A stretch of 63,235 nucleotides of DNA, counting the filler, from Asterionella formosa (Eukaryota), in assembly GCA_002256025.1 (NCBI GenBank). It is 5 parts of 5 records of this genome, joined end to end, with 100 filler letters (N's around TTAATTAATTAA, not from the genome) between each part and the next. Parts side by side here need not be neighbours in the genome. Positions count along the whole stretch, not along the records: positions 1 to 28,717 come from NKIB01001149.1; positions 28,818 to 57,529 come from NKIB01001152.1; 3 more parts are not named here. One strand, written 5' to 3'. Shown here piece after piece: positions 25,477 through 36,847 of this stretch. Every line of letters begins with the position of its first letter. The stretch's first letter is position 1. The translations under genes were made by a program, and so were the position numbers. The notes beneath the pieces were generated by a model. It had not been told where the DNA came from. It saw only the letters and a program-made list of their open reading frames with translations, and ran no database searches.

Positions 25477-26235
25477 TCAATCGCTCGTCGATGGCATTGA
25501 CTCATCGCTTCCAGTACCTGCCTTGCGATGCCTACTTTTTCTTGTCAATTTCGACATTGACGCATCCCTGATTCCAGTAGCGCATTCGCTTTGACGTCTA
25601 AGAAGCTCTCTCGTCTCTTCCAAGTTCTTCGAAATCGAATGATACATGTCTCGGCTCATTCTAGAGCTTCCAGAGGAAATACTGCAAGAGCTTTCATTGC
25701 TATCTCGTCTGCTGCTAACTCGCCTAGTAGTAGTACTAGAGGACTCCTTGCGTCGTCTCTGAGTCAGTCGTCTGCTAGTAGTCGAGCCTGTAATGATGGC
25801 TCCCTCTAAGCACTTCGCTGTGCCTGTAATACCAGGAATAAAGTAACCTCTACTCATCACTTCATGTTGTTGTTGTTGTTCCTCCCAAGGTGCTACCTCG
25901 CCTTGTTGTTCGTCGTTGTGACCTTTGTCCTTGTCATTTTCGAGCTCGAAATTAAGGTCCAAACTAGTGCTTAAATTAGTGTTTGATAAAAAAGAAATGA
26001 ACGAACACGACGTATCCAACGATCGACGAGAAAGGCCGCTGTCATGGTGGCCACTCATCAACTTGGCCTTGTTGTTTCTTCTTCTCCGCGGTTCCTTCAA
26101 GAAGGCAGGAATATCGCTCAAGCTAATATCATTGTAAAGGTCTTTGATTAGCACCATATGAGTGGCATAGCTGGCCTCCAAAAAGTCAATGGAACAGTCT
26201 TCCATGGCGTCCATCTTGTTCTTCGTGCTGTTCAT
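25477..26235 (-). CDS. Hypothetical Ser/Arg-rich protein, paralog of 15373..15960
   Basis: 252-aa ORF starting at ATG, with the same three conserved blocks as the paralog. Confidence 0.72.
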   Translation of the reverse strand: MNSTKNKMDAMEDCSIDFLEASYATHMVLIKDLYNDISLSDIPAFLKEPRRRRNNKAKLMSGHHDSGLSRRSLDTSCSFISFLSNTNLSTSLDLNFELENDKDKGHNDEQQGEVAPWEEQQQQHEVMSRGYFIPGITGTAKCLEGAIITGSTTSRRLTQRRRKESSSTTTRRVSSRRDSNESSCSISSGSSRMSRDMYHSISKNLEETRELLRRQSECATGIRDASMSKLTRKSRHRKAGTGSDESMPSTSD

Positions 26236-27474
26236 CGTTGCTTGCTTGGTCGTTAAAATGTGGTGTCAAAGGTGGGTTGAGCTGTGCTACTATCATGCAA
26301 TGCGTGTGTTGAACTTGTTATCTTTATGTACCTGGGTAAGTAGTGGTACCTGGTACCCTAGAAGTATTGCTTGGACTACCGGTATGCCAATATACGCAAC
26401 AAGCATTGATCCAATTATGTACTCGAGTATTTCCCCGAACAATTCAGCCAAATTATATCATTCAGTTACATGATATTTATATATATTGGAGGAGCAGAAT
26501 CGACGGCATAAATGATTTCGACTTATGACCAATCAATCGTATAGATTTTGGTACATCGTATTTCTATTAGACGTAAATAACTACAACACATATAGGACTC
26601 GTCTGTCCAACTTAAATACGGTTTTTTGCTTCGGGACAGATCTACGAGCTTGAAAGAAAAAAGAAGGGAACAAACAAATGAGAACCAGCTTACAGTAGAA
26701 GAACCAAAATGTCTCAGAAGATGTCAATAATCTCAACATGGATGGAGATTTCTGTCGTATAGGATGGATATATACCTACGCATTATTTTAATTCATCGCT
26801 GTTCTTTTGGTTGATACTGCATGGTGGTTTCCGGGTGCCATAATATATGGACAGTCTTGATACATATGTGTCCTGTATAGCGTATCAACATTTATGTGCA
26901 ATGACTGCTGGTGCCTGAATGTTCAGGCATCGACGACAGTAAAAGTCATTGTCAAGGACCATTTCCAAAAGCTATGTGACTCCCAAATTTGATATACGGC
27001 AGCGGTACCCTATTCTGATGGTCTTCTTTTAATCAGAAATTACCCTACAGTATTACAGGTGGGGCGGAGTCTCTATATGGTGTATCCTTCTCGAGTAGTA
27101 GAATCGACTGCCGGTACCGGAAAAGTCGTGGTTGTTATTAACAAGAACACCAAAGAAGCCCCAAATAAATTTTTATTCACAATTATTTATCTTTCATTCC
27201 TACCGGTATTTATGTAGGACCATCGAAGTGCTCTATATTAGATATTCCTACATTTGTCTATTTTTCCTGGCCTATATATAGACTGGCTTCAAAGCTACTA
27301 CCGTACTCCAGTTTCAAACTGCTCATGACCACCTTTGATTGCCTAGCCCAGCACGATGGAAGGATAATCTTACAATTTGTACCACATCAGCAAAACACTG
27401 GGCGCGCTCTGATAATAAAAAATTATTATATCATGTGTATTACTATAACACAAATCGTTGTACCCATAACCCCG

Positions 27475-27572
27475 AAATTTGTGTTTGTGTTGACCAAATT
27501 TGGTAAACCTGGTAAGCACCTCAGGGTGCCTACCAGGTTTACCAAATTTGGTCTCAACACAAACACAAATTT
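27475..27572. repeat. Near-perfect inverted repeat (hairpin), probably abutting transposon termini
   Basis: Arms 27475-27520 and 27525-27572 are reverse complements apart from one mismatch and a 2-nt indel; the spacer is TCAG. Confidence 0.9.
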
Positions 27573-28109
27573 TGCACAGTTATAAATAACAGTGCATTAT
27601 ATAAAAAGATGTTTAGACATGAATGACTATATAGAATTTCCCGGAATATTTCAAGACTTGCTTGCTCATACTCAAAATGGCTTGCTCTTGCCAAAATAGG
27701 TATGCATATACATATGTATATTGTTACATATCAATCAACCTCCTCAATAAATCGATCGTCCTCGCTTTTAGATTTCGGCCATGTCTTCATCTTCTTCTGG
27801 TCAAAGGAGAGCAGCCAGGGAGGGCTTCCCTTCCTCTCCAAGCAAGGCTGCTTGAACGTTGCCGTCACCAGCAACAAAAACAACAACAGACTCAACCAGA
27901 AGAAGAGGAGGAGGACGACGACGAGAATGAAGATGACACTGGTGCTGATGAGTTTGCCAGTGACAATGAGGACAGTAGGATGGGTGTCTCAGGTATTTCT
28001 CAGATTGGTGTTTCTGGGGTTACTCAGTCCCCATCAAGGAACAACAACGATTTTTTCACGTGCTCCTTTTTGTTCAGTTTCAAGAACGGCAACTGCCAGG
28101 CGAGCACCA

Positions 28110-28717
28110 ACGTTTCCAAGAGTGTTCATGTGTCCATCCATTGTAGCTAGAAGTTGGTCTGCTGTGTTTCATTTCCAGCCCGTTGCAGGGTCAGTTTCAG
28201 ACCATCCATTGCTCCCCAAAAATTTGTTATAAGTGGGTTTTCTGATTGATCATGGTTGCAAACAAGGTGGCTTCGTCTACAGTAGGCAGTCTCACAACGG
28301 CATCTTCATGTGTCAGCAGTACTTTTACAATCATTCGCCTTGAAAACCTCAACCAAACACTCAAAGAACCATGAGTTAATCCGAAAATAATCTGAAGAAT
28401 CATATAGGAACCACGAGTCCTGGTACATGCTAACCCAAGCGCTAGACAACTGATGGAACAGTGGTGGTATCTTTGCCGACCTTTCTTTGTTGTTGAATTT
28501 CTAACAATGAAATCCGTATTTTTCCTACAGGGAGTGAAGGAATAAAAACAAGGTTTGAACAGCTGGTGTAGGAGCTCGAAAGAAGCATGGTCAAACCCAC
28601 ACAAGGTAATCAAAGCATTATCATGCTTGCTGTTGAACAAAGTCCAGAATGGACTCGATAATGGATGCTGTAGTGCGTGGCAACGGATTTTGCCACTTCT
28701 TCTTCTGACCTCATCAA
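28110..28717 (-). mobile_element. Degenerate PIF/Harbinger transposase N-terminal part, cut by a contig gap; convergent acidic accessory remnant at about 27781-28050 (+)
   Basis: SPFWTLFNSKHDNALITLCGFDH..F...LALGLA.TRTRGS...LQIIFGLT...VWLRF, then after a frameshift FWGAMDGLKL...GWTHEH. Confidence 0.75.
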
Positions 28718-28817
28718 NNNNNNNNNNNNNNNNNNNNNNNNNNNNNNNNNNNNNNNNNNNNTTAATTAATTAANNNNNNNNNNNNNNNNNNNNNNNNNNN
28801 NNNNNNNNNNNNNNNNN
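28718..28817. other. Artificial contig linker (N44-TTAATTAATTAA-N44)
   Basis: 100-bp spacer with stops in all six frames; identical spacers recur three more times. Confidence 0.97.
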
Positions 28818-28868
28818 TTCGTCACACAGACGGCTTCTGCACAACGGAAACAGACCCCCCACACTCCC

Positions 28869-31706
28869 ATGGCTGCCAAGTCTCAAGTGTCCCATCATTC
28901 CCCTTTGGACACGCATGATTTGGTGGTTCAGTACATGATTTCTGTTGGAGCGAACCCCGCGGCAGCTGAAGAACTGGCGACTCGATTTGAAGAGCAGCAA
29001 CAACGTGGGATGGAAACATTTATATCCGATGCTACAGCTCCAACCACAATTTTGCCGGCTACAAGTAGAAATAACTCTCATGACATTGACAAGTTTGCCA
29101 TGTTTGATGATGATGACGACAATGATGGTAGCGTTGCCAGCAATGTCATTCGCGCATTGGAGCAAGGGATCAACCGTGCAAAACGTGAGCAGAATGAGCG
29201 AAGGCACATGGTATCCGTGCCTCCCTCTGCGAGTCCTCGTGGGCCTCTTGCTGCAGCTCGTGCCCATAGTATGCCCGTTGCTCCGCGGCCTGCAGGAGAA
29301 GGAGCGGAAGACATGCGAATATTGTTGATTCAGTATTTGATCTCGGTCGGAACAGATTCTCATATTGCCGAGGAAATGGCAGATCGCTTCGAAGAACAAC
29401 AACAACTTTCAGCCAATAATACTGTACCTATGATGCCTCCAAGGGATCTTTCAGTTCCTGCTGCTTTCAGGAATGACCAACGACATGCTATGCAATCACT
29501 TCATGAAAAGAACATGGAAGCGATGCATGGTGGTGCTGCCCGCCGGCAGCAGAGTGCACCACCAGGGAGAGGGGACGCTGCCATTGTCGAGCGGCCCGTG
29601 ACACAATCCATGCCATCACGAGGCCGTGCTCATTTCCCCCGAGCGGATCGTCCTGGAGCCGTCGAAATGGAAGGCCGTGCATTCGGTGCGCCTCGTCGTG
29701 CCGAGCGGCCATGGAATGACCAAATTAATCAGGAGTTTGGAGAGTTGGATGTTGAAACAAACATGGGCTCTGCTTACATTGAAGCTGTACCTGTTATTGA
29801 AAAAGACGAGGATATCGTCTATGCCGAGTCAGCCAATTTTGGAATAAAATATATTCTCAAGGACAGGTCAGTTCGTCGTCTATTTGCCTTCGTTTGTTTT
29901 CTGATTGTTGGAGGAAGTGTCGGAGCAATTGTATTTGCTTTAAAAGGATCTGGTGGAGATTCACAAGTTGTTGTGACCGGCGAACCGACCATGTCACCTA
30001 CATCTGCTCCTTCCTTTATCACTGCTGATTTTGAACGAGCAGCTATTGCCATTTCGGGTTTTGAAACTGTCTTAACTCCTGAATCGCCACAGCGTCGAGC
30101 TGTTGGTTGGTTGTCATCAGTGGATGAATTTGATACCGAAGGCGTAGGATTGATTTTCTCTGAACGATACATTTTAACCGTATTCTACTATGCCATGAAA
30201 GGTGAGAATTGGTTGGAACAAGAGCAATGGCTGTCGCCGACCCTTCATGTTTGTGACTGGAGTATCGGTGTCACTTGTGCATCCGACCTCAGTCGAAAAC
30301 AAGTTGTAACTGGAATCGACTTGACAAGAAATGGACTCAGCAGCCAAATCCCAAACGAGATCGGTTTAATTGAGGGTTTGACTCTTCTTCGTCTTGCAAA
30401 AAATGCTATCAATGGAACGATACCTCCAGAGATTTCGGAATTGACTAATCTTGTAAATCTTGATTTGAGTGCCAATCAGTTAAGTGGACCAGTTCCTAGT
30501 GGGATTGGAAACCTTCAAGATCTCCTTCTTCTTGAGTTGTTCGATAACACATTAACTGGTACAATCCCGTCCTCAGCATACACTCTTGGACTATTGAAAA
30601 AGTTAGATCTCTCCAATAACAAACTCACTGGGACACTCTCTCAAAATATTACTAATCTTGTTTCATTGGGCTCCTTGAACATCCAGAGCAACACATTGAA
30701 TGGGACCATTCCTCCTTTCGCTGGTTTGGTTAGTCTCGATTTTATCTATCTTGACAATAACCAGTTTTCGGGAAATTTGCCAAATTTAGGCAAAGAAATG
30801 TTGGGCCGTCAAGAATTTACCCTTTCCCACAATCGCATATCTGGCAGTGTTCCAGGTGTTGAGACTGTTAACATTACTGATTTCGTAGGCATCTTCTTTA
30901 AACTTCAACGAGCAGACATCTCATATAATCAGCTGACGGGCACTCTTCCAGCTATAATGGCATTAATTCCTACCTTTAAGTACATTGATTTATCAGGAAA
31001 TGCATTCACTGGTTCCATCCCAGCTCAAAATGATATTCAGGGATGGCAATCGCTTGAATTCTTTGGAGGTGCAGGCAACCAGTTTAATGGGACTATTCCA
31101 TTGGGATTCACCACTTCTTTGAGTTCCCTTGACGTATCTTATAACAGACTCACTGGGGGCATTCCACTTGAGCTGTATAGCAAGTTTCCCCAGCTTGAAT
31201 TTCTGGCCTTGAATGACAATCCACTTGGTGGAAGCATTAGCGGACTACTTGGAAATTTTCGAAATGCTCGTGACTTGCACCTGCACAACTGTAGCCTTAG
31301 AGGTTCTCTTCCTGACACTTTCCAGGGGTTGACAAACCTAGACCATTTTTCCTTTAATGACAACGAAATTGATGGAACCATACCTTCTTCCATTGGCTAC
31401 ATGTCACTCCTGACGGCAGTTTATCTCCAAAACAACAAGCTTACTGGATCTTTACCACCTGAATTGGGAATGCTTGAATTGCTGACGGAGTTGAATGTTG
31501 CCAACAATAGTTTGACTGGCTCGTTGCCCAGTTCTCTTGGTATGCTTACGAAGCTCCAGGAACTTTTTGTTGCTGGCAATTTTTTCCTTGGAGAAGTTCC
31601 GTTAGGAGTTTGCGAGAATTTAGGTGAAGTTACTACTTCCATGGTGGGCTGTGATTTAATATGTGGTTGTTGCTCAGAACCGAATGCAACGGATGTTTGC
31701 TACTAG
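28869..31706 (+). CDS. Type-II membrane LRR receptor-like protein (cytoplasmic N-terminus, single TM, extracellular plant-type 24-aa LRRs, Cys cap)
   Basis: 945-aa ORF with TM LFAFVCFLIVGGSVGAIVFAL, PT linker, SPQRRA..WL...RY.L..FYY...W...CDW..GVTC cap, many LxxNxLxGxIP repeats and C-terminal GCDLICGCC. Confidence 0.9.
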   Translation: MAAKSQVSHHSPLDTHDLVVQYMISVGANPAAAEELATRFEEQQQRGMETFISDATAPTTILPATSRNNSHDIDKFAMFDDDDDNDGSVASNVIRALEQGINRAKREQNERRHMVSVPPSASPRGPLAAARAHSMPVAPRPAGEGAEDMRILLIQYLISVGTDSHIAEEMADRFEEQQQLSANNTVPMMPPRDLSVPAAFRNDQRHAMQSLHEKNMEAMHGGAARRQQSAPPGRGDAAIVERPVTQSMPSRGRAHFPRADRPGAVEMEGRAFGAPRRAERPWNDQINQEFGELDVETNMGSAYIEAVPVIEKDEDIVYAESANFGIKYILKDRSVRRLFAFVCFLIVGGSVGAIVFALKGSGGDSQVVVTGEPTMSPTSAPSFITADFERAAIAISGFETVLTPESPQRRAVGWLSSVDEFDTEGVGLIFSERYILTVFYYAMKGENWLEQEQWLSPTLHVCDWSIGVTCASDLSRKQVVTGIDLTRNGLSSQIPNEIGLIEGLTLLRLAKNAINGTIPPEISELTNLVNLDLSANQLSGPVPSGIGNLQDLLLLELFDNTLTGTIPSSAYTLGLLKKLDLSNNKLTGTLSQNITNLVSLGSLNIQSNTLNGTIPPFAGLVSLDFIYLDNNQFSGNLPNLGKEMLGRQEFTLSHNRISGSVPGVETVNITDFVGIFFKLQRADISYNQLTGTLPAIMALIPTFKYIDLSGNAFTGSIPAQNDIQGWQSLEFFGGAGNQFNGTIPLGFTTSLSSLDVSYNRLTGGIPLELYSKFPQLEFLALNDNPLGGSISGLLGNFRNARDLHLHNCSLRGSLPDTFQGLTNLDHFSFNDNEIDGTIPSSIGYMSLLTAVYLQNNKLTGSLPPELGMLELLTELNVANNSLTGSLPSSLGMLTKLQELFVAGNFFLGEVPLGVCENLGEVTTSMVGCDLICGCCSEPNATDVCY

Positions 31707-33970
31707 TGGAATGGGCATTTCAGCCATCAGGGAATCATGTACAATGAGCTGTGATAATGGTTTCACTGGAAAATATTCCAATGTTACAATGATGATGCGA
31801 TCTAATGCAGGCTTAACCATTGTCTCCCTTGTTGTGAGCGTCTGTGACAAACAAGCATTGATGCAACACGTAGTTCCGAATTTGCTTTCTATTTGCTACT
31901 ATTGAAAATGCAAGGCTTGAATATCGTCATGATCAAACCGAAAAGATGAATTTTTTTATCATTTGATAATATCGACTGTTAGAAATGAATAGTCTTTTGA
32001 GACTTTTGCATTGTCTTGTGGAGATTCCTCATAGTATTATCAGCACATGATGAACTTGAAGGACATGAAATATCAACATAATGCAGGCCTCGAAGCATGT
32101 GAGGAAAGTTGAGAATTATCGATCCCATTTCCTTTATTGTTGATCAATTACACGGCTCTGATTTAATTTAGTTGGTGAAAAATATGTAATTCTACTGTTA
32201 TAGTAAGCATCCATAGAAAAACGAGGATGAAAACGACTCTGCTGATGCATTTTTCATCATTACTTCACTTAGTTAACTCATTCATTTTGTTCCTTGTAAA
32301 TTAGTGCTAGTACGTGAGACTTTCATGTTGGTAGAATTACTTTACTGCTGTAGCTAACATGAACTAGATCGTATGAACACGTAATTAATTTGAAGTAATA
32401 AGTAATTCCATAACCAAGATGTTGTAGATTTCAACTATATGTGTAATCGAATCTGGGAATTTCTCGTTATGCATCCTTCTACATTTGCAGTTGTGTCTTG
32501 ATTTGTGATATCTCATATCCTCTACCTATAAAGTTCGGTATATTGATTTGTGATCACTCCTAATGAATAGTACCTATAAAGTTTCCAGGTCCTCCTCTGG
32601 GGCAAAACTGTGATTGTTTGGCCTTTGTATCTCAATCTCTGTGATTTTCCTGGTCCAGTTGGTGCTAAAAATCCTTCAAAATTGAGCTTTTTAGGTGTTT
32701 CTATCTCTTTTAACGATGTTCCTGGCTATTTCCTCTCCTCTCCTCCTTTGAAAAACTTCTTTCTTGGTAGTCTCTCACTCTCCTGAGTTTCATAGAGTCA
32801 ACTGTTGCACCATAATAGACCAGTGATACTATGTTCAATCTATATAGTGTACAGATGTACTACTACATAGAGTAGTTGTGACACAGTCATCTTCAATCCC
32901 ATTTACATAATTATGTGGTAGCCATAGCCTGCTTCCAGAGCAGCCTGGAAATCTCACAACTTCTTCTTCTCCAAAGTCACATACCAGTAGTCCTTATTAG
33001 ACTCTGCCATCATGGTAGTGCCCACCCCACTTGTATTGATCCTGATAGTTGAGTCAAGTTTGGTGTCCTGATGAAAGTCTGCATCAATTCCACTTATTGC
33101 ATCAGGCTAGCTACTTATTTGAAAATTCCAAAAATTGCTAGATTCCTTGGCAATAGTTATATTGAGCGAAGGAGGTTGCCACAAGTGCTTAATTTCAACC
33201 ATTTTATGCCCATCCAGCAGGTTAGGTCACTCTGCCAGAGTCTTCCAATTTGGACCAGTCCCCTCTTGTGGCCTAATGATGGTATGGGATCAAAGGCAGC
33301 AATTTGATGATGTCATTGGACCTTTTCCAGGGTATCAGTAGATCATTGCTGCTGTTGGTGGGCCTGCAACACAGCACAGCCACCAGTTCATTGGGAGCTT
33401 GCTTGTTTGCAGGGAAGCTATAAATAGTCGGCAACATTAGTAGCAGAAGCATTCACCAAGAAAGTGGTCATGCATCTCCTGCTCATTGAGCTGAAAAACC
33501 CTACTACCGGTATAACAATAAGAAGGAATCAATCCCAATGCCGGTATATGTACCGGGTAGTTGGAAATAAACTGCTCGTCTGGACCAGGTCTCATGTCCC
33601 ATCATGTACCTATGTACGCATTCACGCTCGTTAGTGGTACCAGGTACCAACCGGTACTCGGAGTAGTGTTTCTTCCTCGAAAAGCTGCTGGCAACACACC
33701 ATGATACGAATTTATACGTATCGGAATATGAACGTTATCGTCTGTATTTATTTAATTGTGCGTAGCAAACGAAGGATGGAACAGATCTTCGCCTTCTGTT
33801 GCAAACTTTCGTCGGATGTTTCAGTATTAGGGTTCTCATCAGAATTTACTACCGGTACTATTTTTACTCTATCATATGTGTGATATTGGCAGATTGGTAA
33901 AACAGCAACAGTAACAGTATCAAGTATAAAAAATATTACAGTACATACCGGTATTTGTTTTGGCAACACG

Positions 33971-35604
33971 ATGTTGTCTTCCATGAATCGTTCGCTGCGG
34001 CCCATGGTGGCTCGCTCGACGACGATGACACCTCGTGTTATGAGGATGTCTACGACGGCAACGTTTGACTTGGAAGGGTCCTATGAGGTAAGGAGAAGTG
34101 TGACAAACAGATTGCTTCCACGATTCCGTCGGCATTCGTTTCTACGTTAAGATACTACTGAAAGCCACGTAACATACATGGCTCCTGGCGAGTTGGCCAT
34201 CATAATGATGCTTGGGTCCTTGTCGGACGAAAGGAAACCTTCCACCACGTTTACTTTCCTTGCCCTGTTCGCGGAGGACATACATGTGTTACCTTGCGTG
34301 TTGGTCCTGCTCAACACTGCTGTGGAGAAACCCATGGAATATCAGCACCTGTCATTATTTGTTAGCTACTTCAAAAGAACGTTCCATTTCCATTTCCATT
34401 CACAGTTCAATTCAATTCAGATCATTTCAGCGCCTCACTCACATTTTGCCTCTTGTTTCGCCCATTTGCATACTTACATGACAACCTTGCACTAATTTAG
34501 ATCCACAACTTGGACTCCTCGCCTGCCACCAAGGCCGAGTACACCAAGGACCAACTCATGACAATGTTTGAAAACATGTATACCATGCGTCGAATGGAAA
34601 TTACCTGTGACAACGAGTACAAGGCACGAAACATTAGGGGCTTTTGCCACTTGTACGATGGCCAAGAAGCGGTGGCAGCTGGGATTCACACGGCCCTCGA
34701 AACGGCGGATTCGTGGATTACCTCCTATCGATGCCACTGTGTTGCACTCCTTCGTGGAGGCACTGTCGAAAAGGTCGTGGCAGAGCTCTTTGGAAACATT
34801 GACGGATACAGCAAAGGAAAAGGTGGGAGTATGCACTTTTACAACAAGGAACATAATTTCTTTGGTGGACATGGGATTGTCGGGGCGCAAGTGCCAGTCG
34901 GGAACGGTTTGGCCTTTGCCAACAAGTACAAGGCCAAGCCTGGTGAAAAGATGCAAGTCGCCATTGCTTGCTATGGTGATGGTGCGGCAAATCAAGGACA
35001 AATCTGGGAATCAGCCAACATGGCCGCCTTGTGGAAGTTGCCCATGATTTTTTGCATTGAAAACAATCATTATGGGATGGGAACGTCCATGGATCGTCAC
35101 TCGTCCATCAACGACTATTACAAAATGGGAAATGCCATTCCTGGGATTCGCATTGACGGAATGAACGTACTGGCCGTCACGGAAGGGATGAAGTTTGTCA
35201 AGGAATATTGTGGATCTGGCAACGGCCCCATGTATGTGGAAATGATGACCTACCGGTACCACGGACACTCCATGTCCGATCCTGGAACAACCTACCGAAA
35301 CCGTGAAGAAATCGCATTTACGCGATCCACAAGAGATCCTATTGAATTTATCAAAAAGTGTCTCATGGACGCCGGCTTTTGTGATGCTGAGGAAATCAAG
35401 GAGGTGGAAAAGAGGATCCGCAAATCGGTCCAAAAGGAAGTCTTGCAGGCCAAAGAGTCACTCAAGCCGCCTCTTGAGGAATTGTTCAAGCATATCTTTG
35501 CTAACGACTTGAGCGGAGATGGTTCCTCGGAATTTCCAGAACACATTCGTATGCCAGATTATGACAAAAGCTTTTGGTTGAATGGAAAGCCAAGCATTGC
35601 GTAA
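33971..35604 (+). CDS. PDHA1: Mitochondrial pyruvate dehydrogenase E1 alpha subunit, 2 exons
   Basis: Arg/Ser-rich transit peptide in exon 1 (33971-34087), GT-AG intron 34088..34500. Motifs IRGFCHLYDGQEA, GKGGSMH, YGDGAANQGQ, ENNHYGMGT and TYRYHGHSMSDPG. Confidence 0.97.
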
Positions 35605-36146
35605 GGAAGGCGATGGTAGTACTCAATTTAAAATGTGAAGAAGAGTTGAATGACACGACGAATAGATCAGCAGTGATAGTTATTCCAGTACAAAAAAATA
35701 AGAAAATGGCTGATAGTCTAGTTGATCATTAATATTTTGGTTATTCCAAGCAGTGTAAGATATCCGTAGTGACCAAACGAATGGACATCGACATCGAAAT
35801 CCTGCACTTGACCGTCCTTTTTACGAATATATAGTGCCGGTAATACTTTACCAGTTAGTGCTCGCTGTGGTGGTGGTACATACAACCAGGACACTGCCAA
35901 GTACCTTATCAAAGCATTCGGAACAGCGGTTTCTTTGGAAACAGTAATCTAAACTTGTAATTCTGGTACTCTTCGACATCTGATTTTCGTCCTTGGACAA
36001 GTCAACTGGGAAGCTAAACAACAACCATTCTATCAATGATAACTAGTAATGTTAGTAATATGCAACATATATATTTTGCAATATACCAATAAAAACAATA
36101 TATATATAATAATTCCAATCCATTCCTCCTCGTTTACTTTTTGCAT

Positions 36147-36847
36147 TTACAACAAATCAAAATCATCCAGTTTGTCATTGTAGCGCTGTACAGTTCGTCG
36201 GATTTTGCTACTATCGACCCATGTCACATAATCTTCCATGTTCCTTGTCACTAAAAATGCTGGATCTGTCACAACATGTGGTCCGACACGAACTTGTCCC
36301 TGTTCCACAAAGGTTACGGCAACTGCCATTGTTTCTGCCATTTTAAGACGAACCATAACAACTGGCAATCTTCGACGACATAACGCTGATGCTGTAATTT
36401 CTTCAGCCTTTTGAAGTGATTTTGTAGTTGTAATGATTCCAATATCACAAAGTTTTGTAAGTAATTGATCAGTCATAGCAATTCGAAAAGGATCTTCGGG
36501 AGAAAGTGTCTGTATGCAGTGAATGTGTTATAATATGGCGAGATTCGATTGCCGTTGAGAGTGCAAGTAAACAAGATGGGTGTGAGACACAACATGTTCA
36601 AGGTCCAATTGTAGGTAAATGGAACATTTAATACAATAAATCCAAAGCAACTAGGCACTCTCACCTTTAGTTTCGCCGCCAATTTGGTAACCATACCACA
36701 TATCTTTGAATATGCAACATAATCCTCTCTATTTTGAATGTGATAGCGTCTCAAGATTTTGGCAACACGAAGATTATCTTCTCCTTTCCAAGAATACAAA
36801 GAAACTTTTCGCAGCAGCTTTTGTTCATGATGCTTCAATTGTCTCAT
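36147..36847 (-). CDS. IMP3: U3 snoRNP protein IMP3 (S4 RNA-binding domain), 2 exons
   Basis: MRQLKHHEQKLLRKV...CRRRLPVVMVRLKMAE...FVEQGQVRVGP...DPAFLVTRNMEDYVTWVD...DDFDLL. Intron 36510..36664 joins KLK|TLSPEDPFR. Confidence 0.96.

Noticed and set aside
28718..28817. TTAATTAATTAA palindrome recurring four times
   Set aside because: Always centred in N-runs totalling 100 bp. It is an assembly linker, not biology, and ORFs running into it are artefacts.
32600..33480. Possible LINE endonuclease remnant on the minus strand (GIDADFHQDTKLD)
   Set aside because: Too degenerate to support a call by eye
34088..34500. TPP riboswitch in the PDH intron
   Set aside because: The conserved CUGAGA and ACCUGA...AGCGUAGG-type cores are not present
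28770..35546. Numerous antisense or alternate-frame ORFs overlapping the LRR and PDH genes (and similarly other genes)
   Set aside because: These are shadow ORFs of real coding sequence with no independent features
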